37,065 nt of DNA, taken from the NCBI GenBank assembly GCA_027604505.1, contig JADIIX010000083.1, positions 62,001-99,065 on the forward strand, written 5' to 3'. The notes under the pieces are model-generated. The model saw only the letters and a program-made list of their open reading frames with translations. It did not search any database and was not told the DNA's origin. The DNA is from Gonapodya sp. JEL0774. Taxonomy: Eukaryota. Below, piece by piece: positions 36,844 through 37,065 of the stretch; position 1 is the stretch's first letter, and each line of letters starts with the position of its first letter. Position numbers and translations under genes: made by a program.

Positions 36844-37065
36844 TTTTTTCTTGATGTGTTGGAAGAGTTCGAAATCGTTTTTGAAGCCGGGGTGAGGAGG
36901 CAGCTTCGCACAAATCCTCCGTTGGTCCTCATCTTGGGCATGGTTTTGGTTGTAATCACATACAGGTACGTGGATGGGCCTCTCACAATACTTTTGTCGG
37001 CGATGGAAAGATCCACCAAGGTATGTGAATCTTGTGAGCGGTGGGGTGGGGGGGGGGGGAGGTGG

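Overview
Intron-rich eukaryotic DNA (short GT-AG introns), so the ORF track fragments every gene; the models below are spliced by eye. A flagellar CFAP58-like gene next to a division-1 chitin synthase points to a zoosporic (chytrid-grade) fungus (inference). In order: 3' end of an unknown gene; a Yap-like bZIP factor (-); three paralogues sharing an atypical ankyrin-like module plus coiled coil, one extended by an SH3 domain and eight one-repeat-per-exon RI-type LRRs; CFAP58-like (+), followed by a 52-bp palindrome-containing tandem repeat; an intact secreted PhoD phosphatase and a tandem pseudogene copy (-); a PB1-SH3-SH3 scaffold (+); chitin synthase (-); a PB1 protein with eight SGPPP-type repeats that the ORF track misses (-); and an FAH-family gene (-). 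The most interesting signals are the two PB1 genes with matching intron positions flanking chitin synthase (one with SH3 domains, one with proline-rich repeats) and the ANK-CC-SH3-LRR gene with symmetric 84/87-nt LRR exons. No RNA genes, CRISPR arrays or transposons were recognised.
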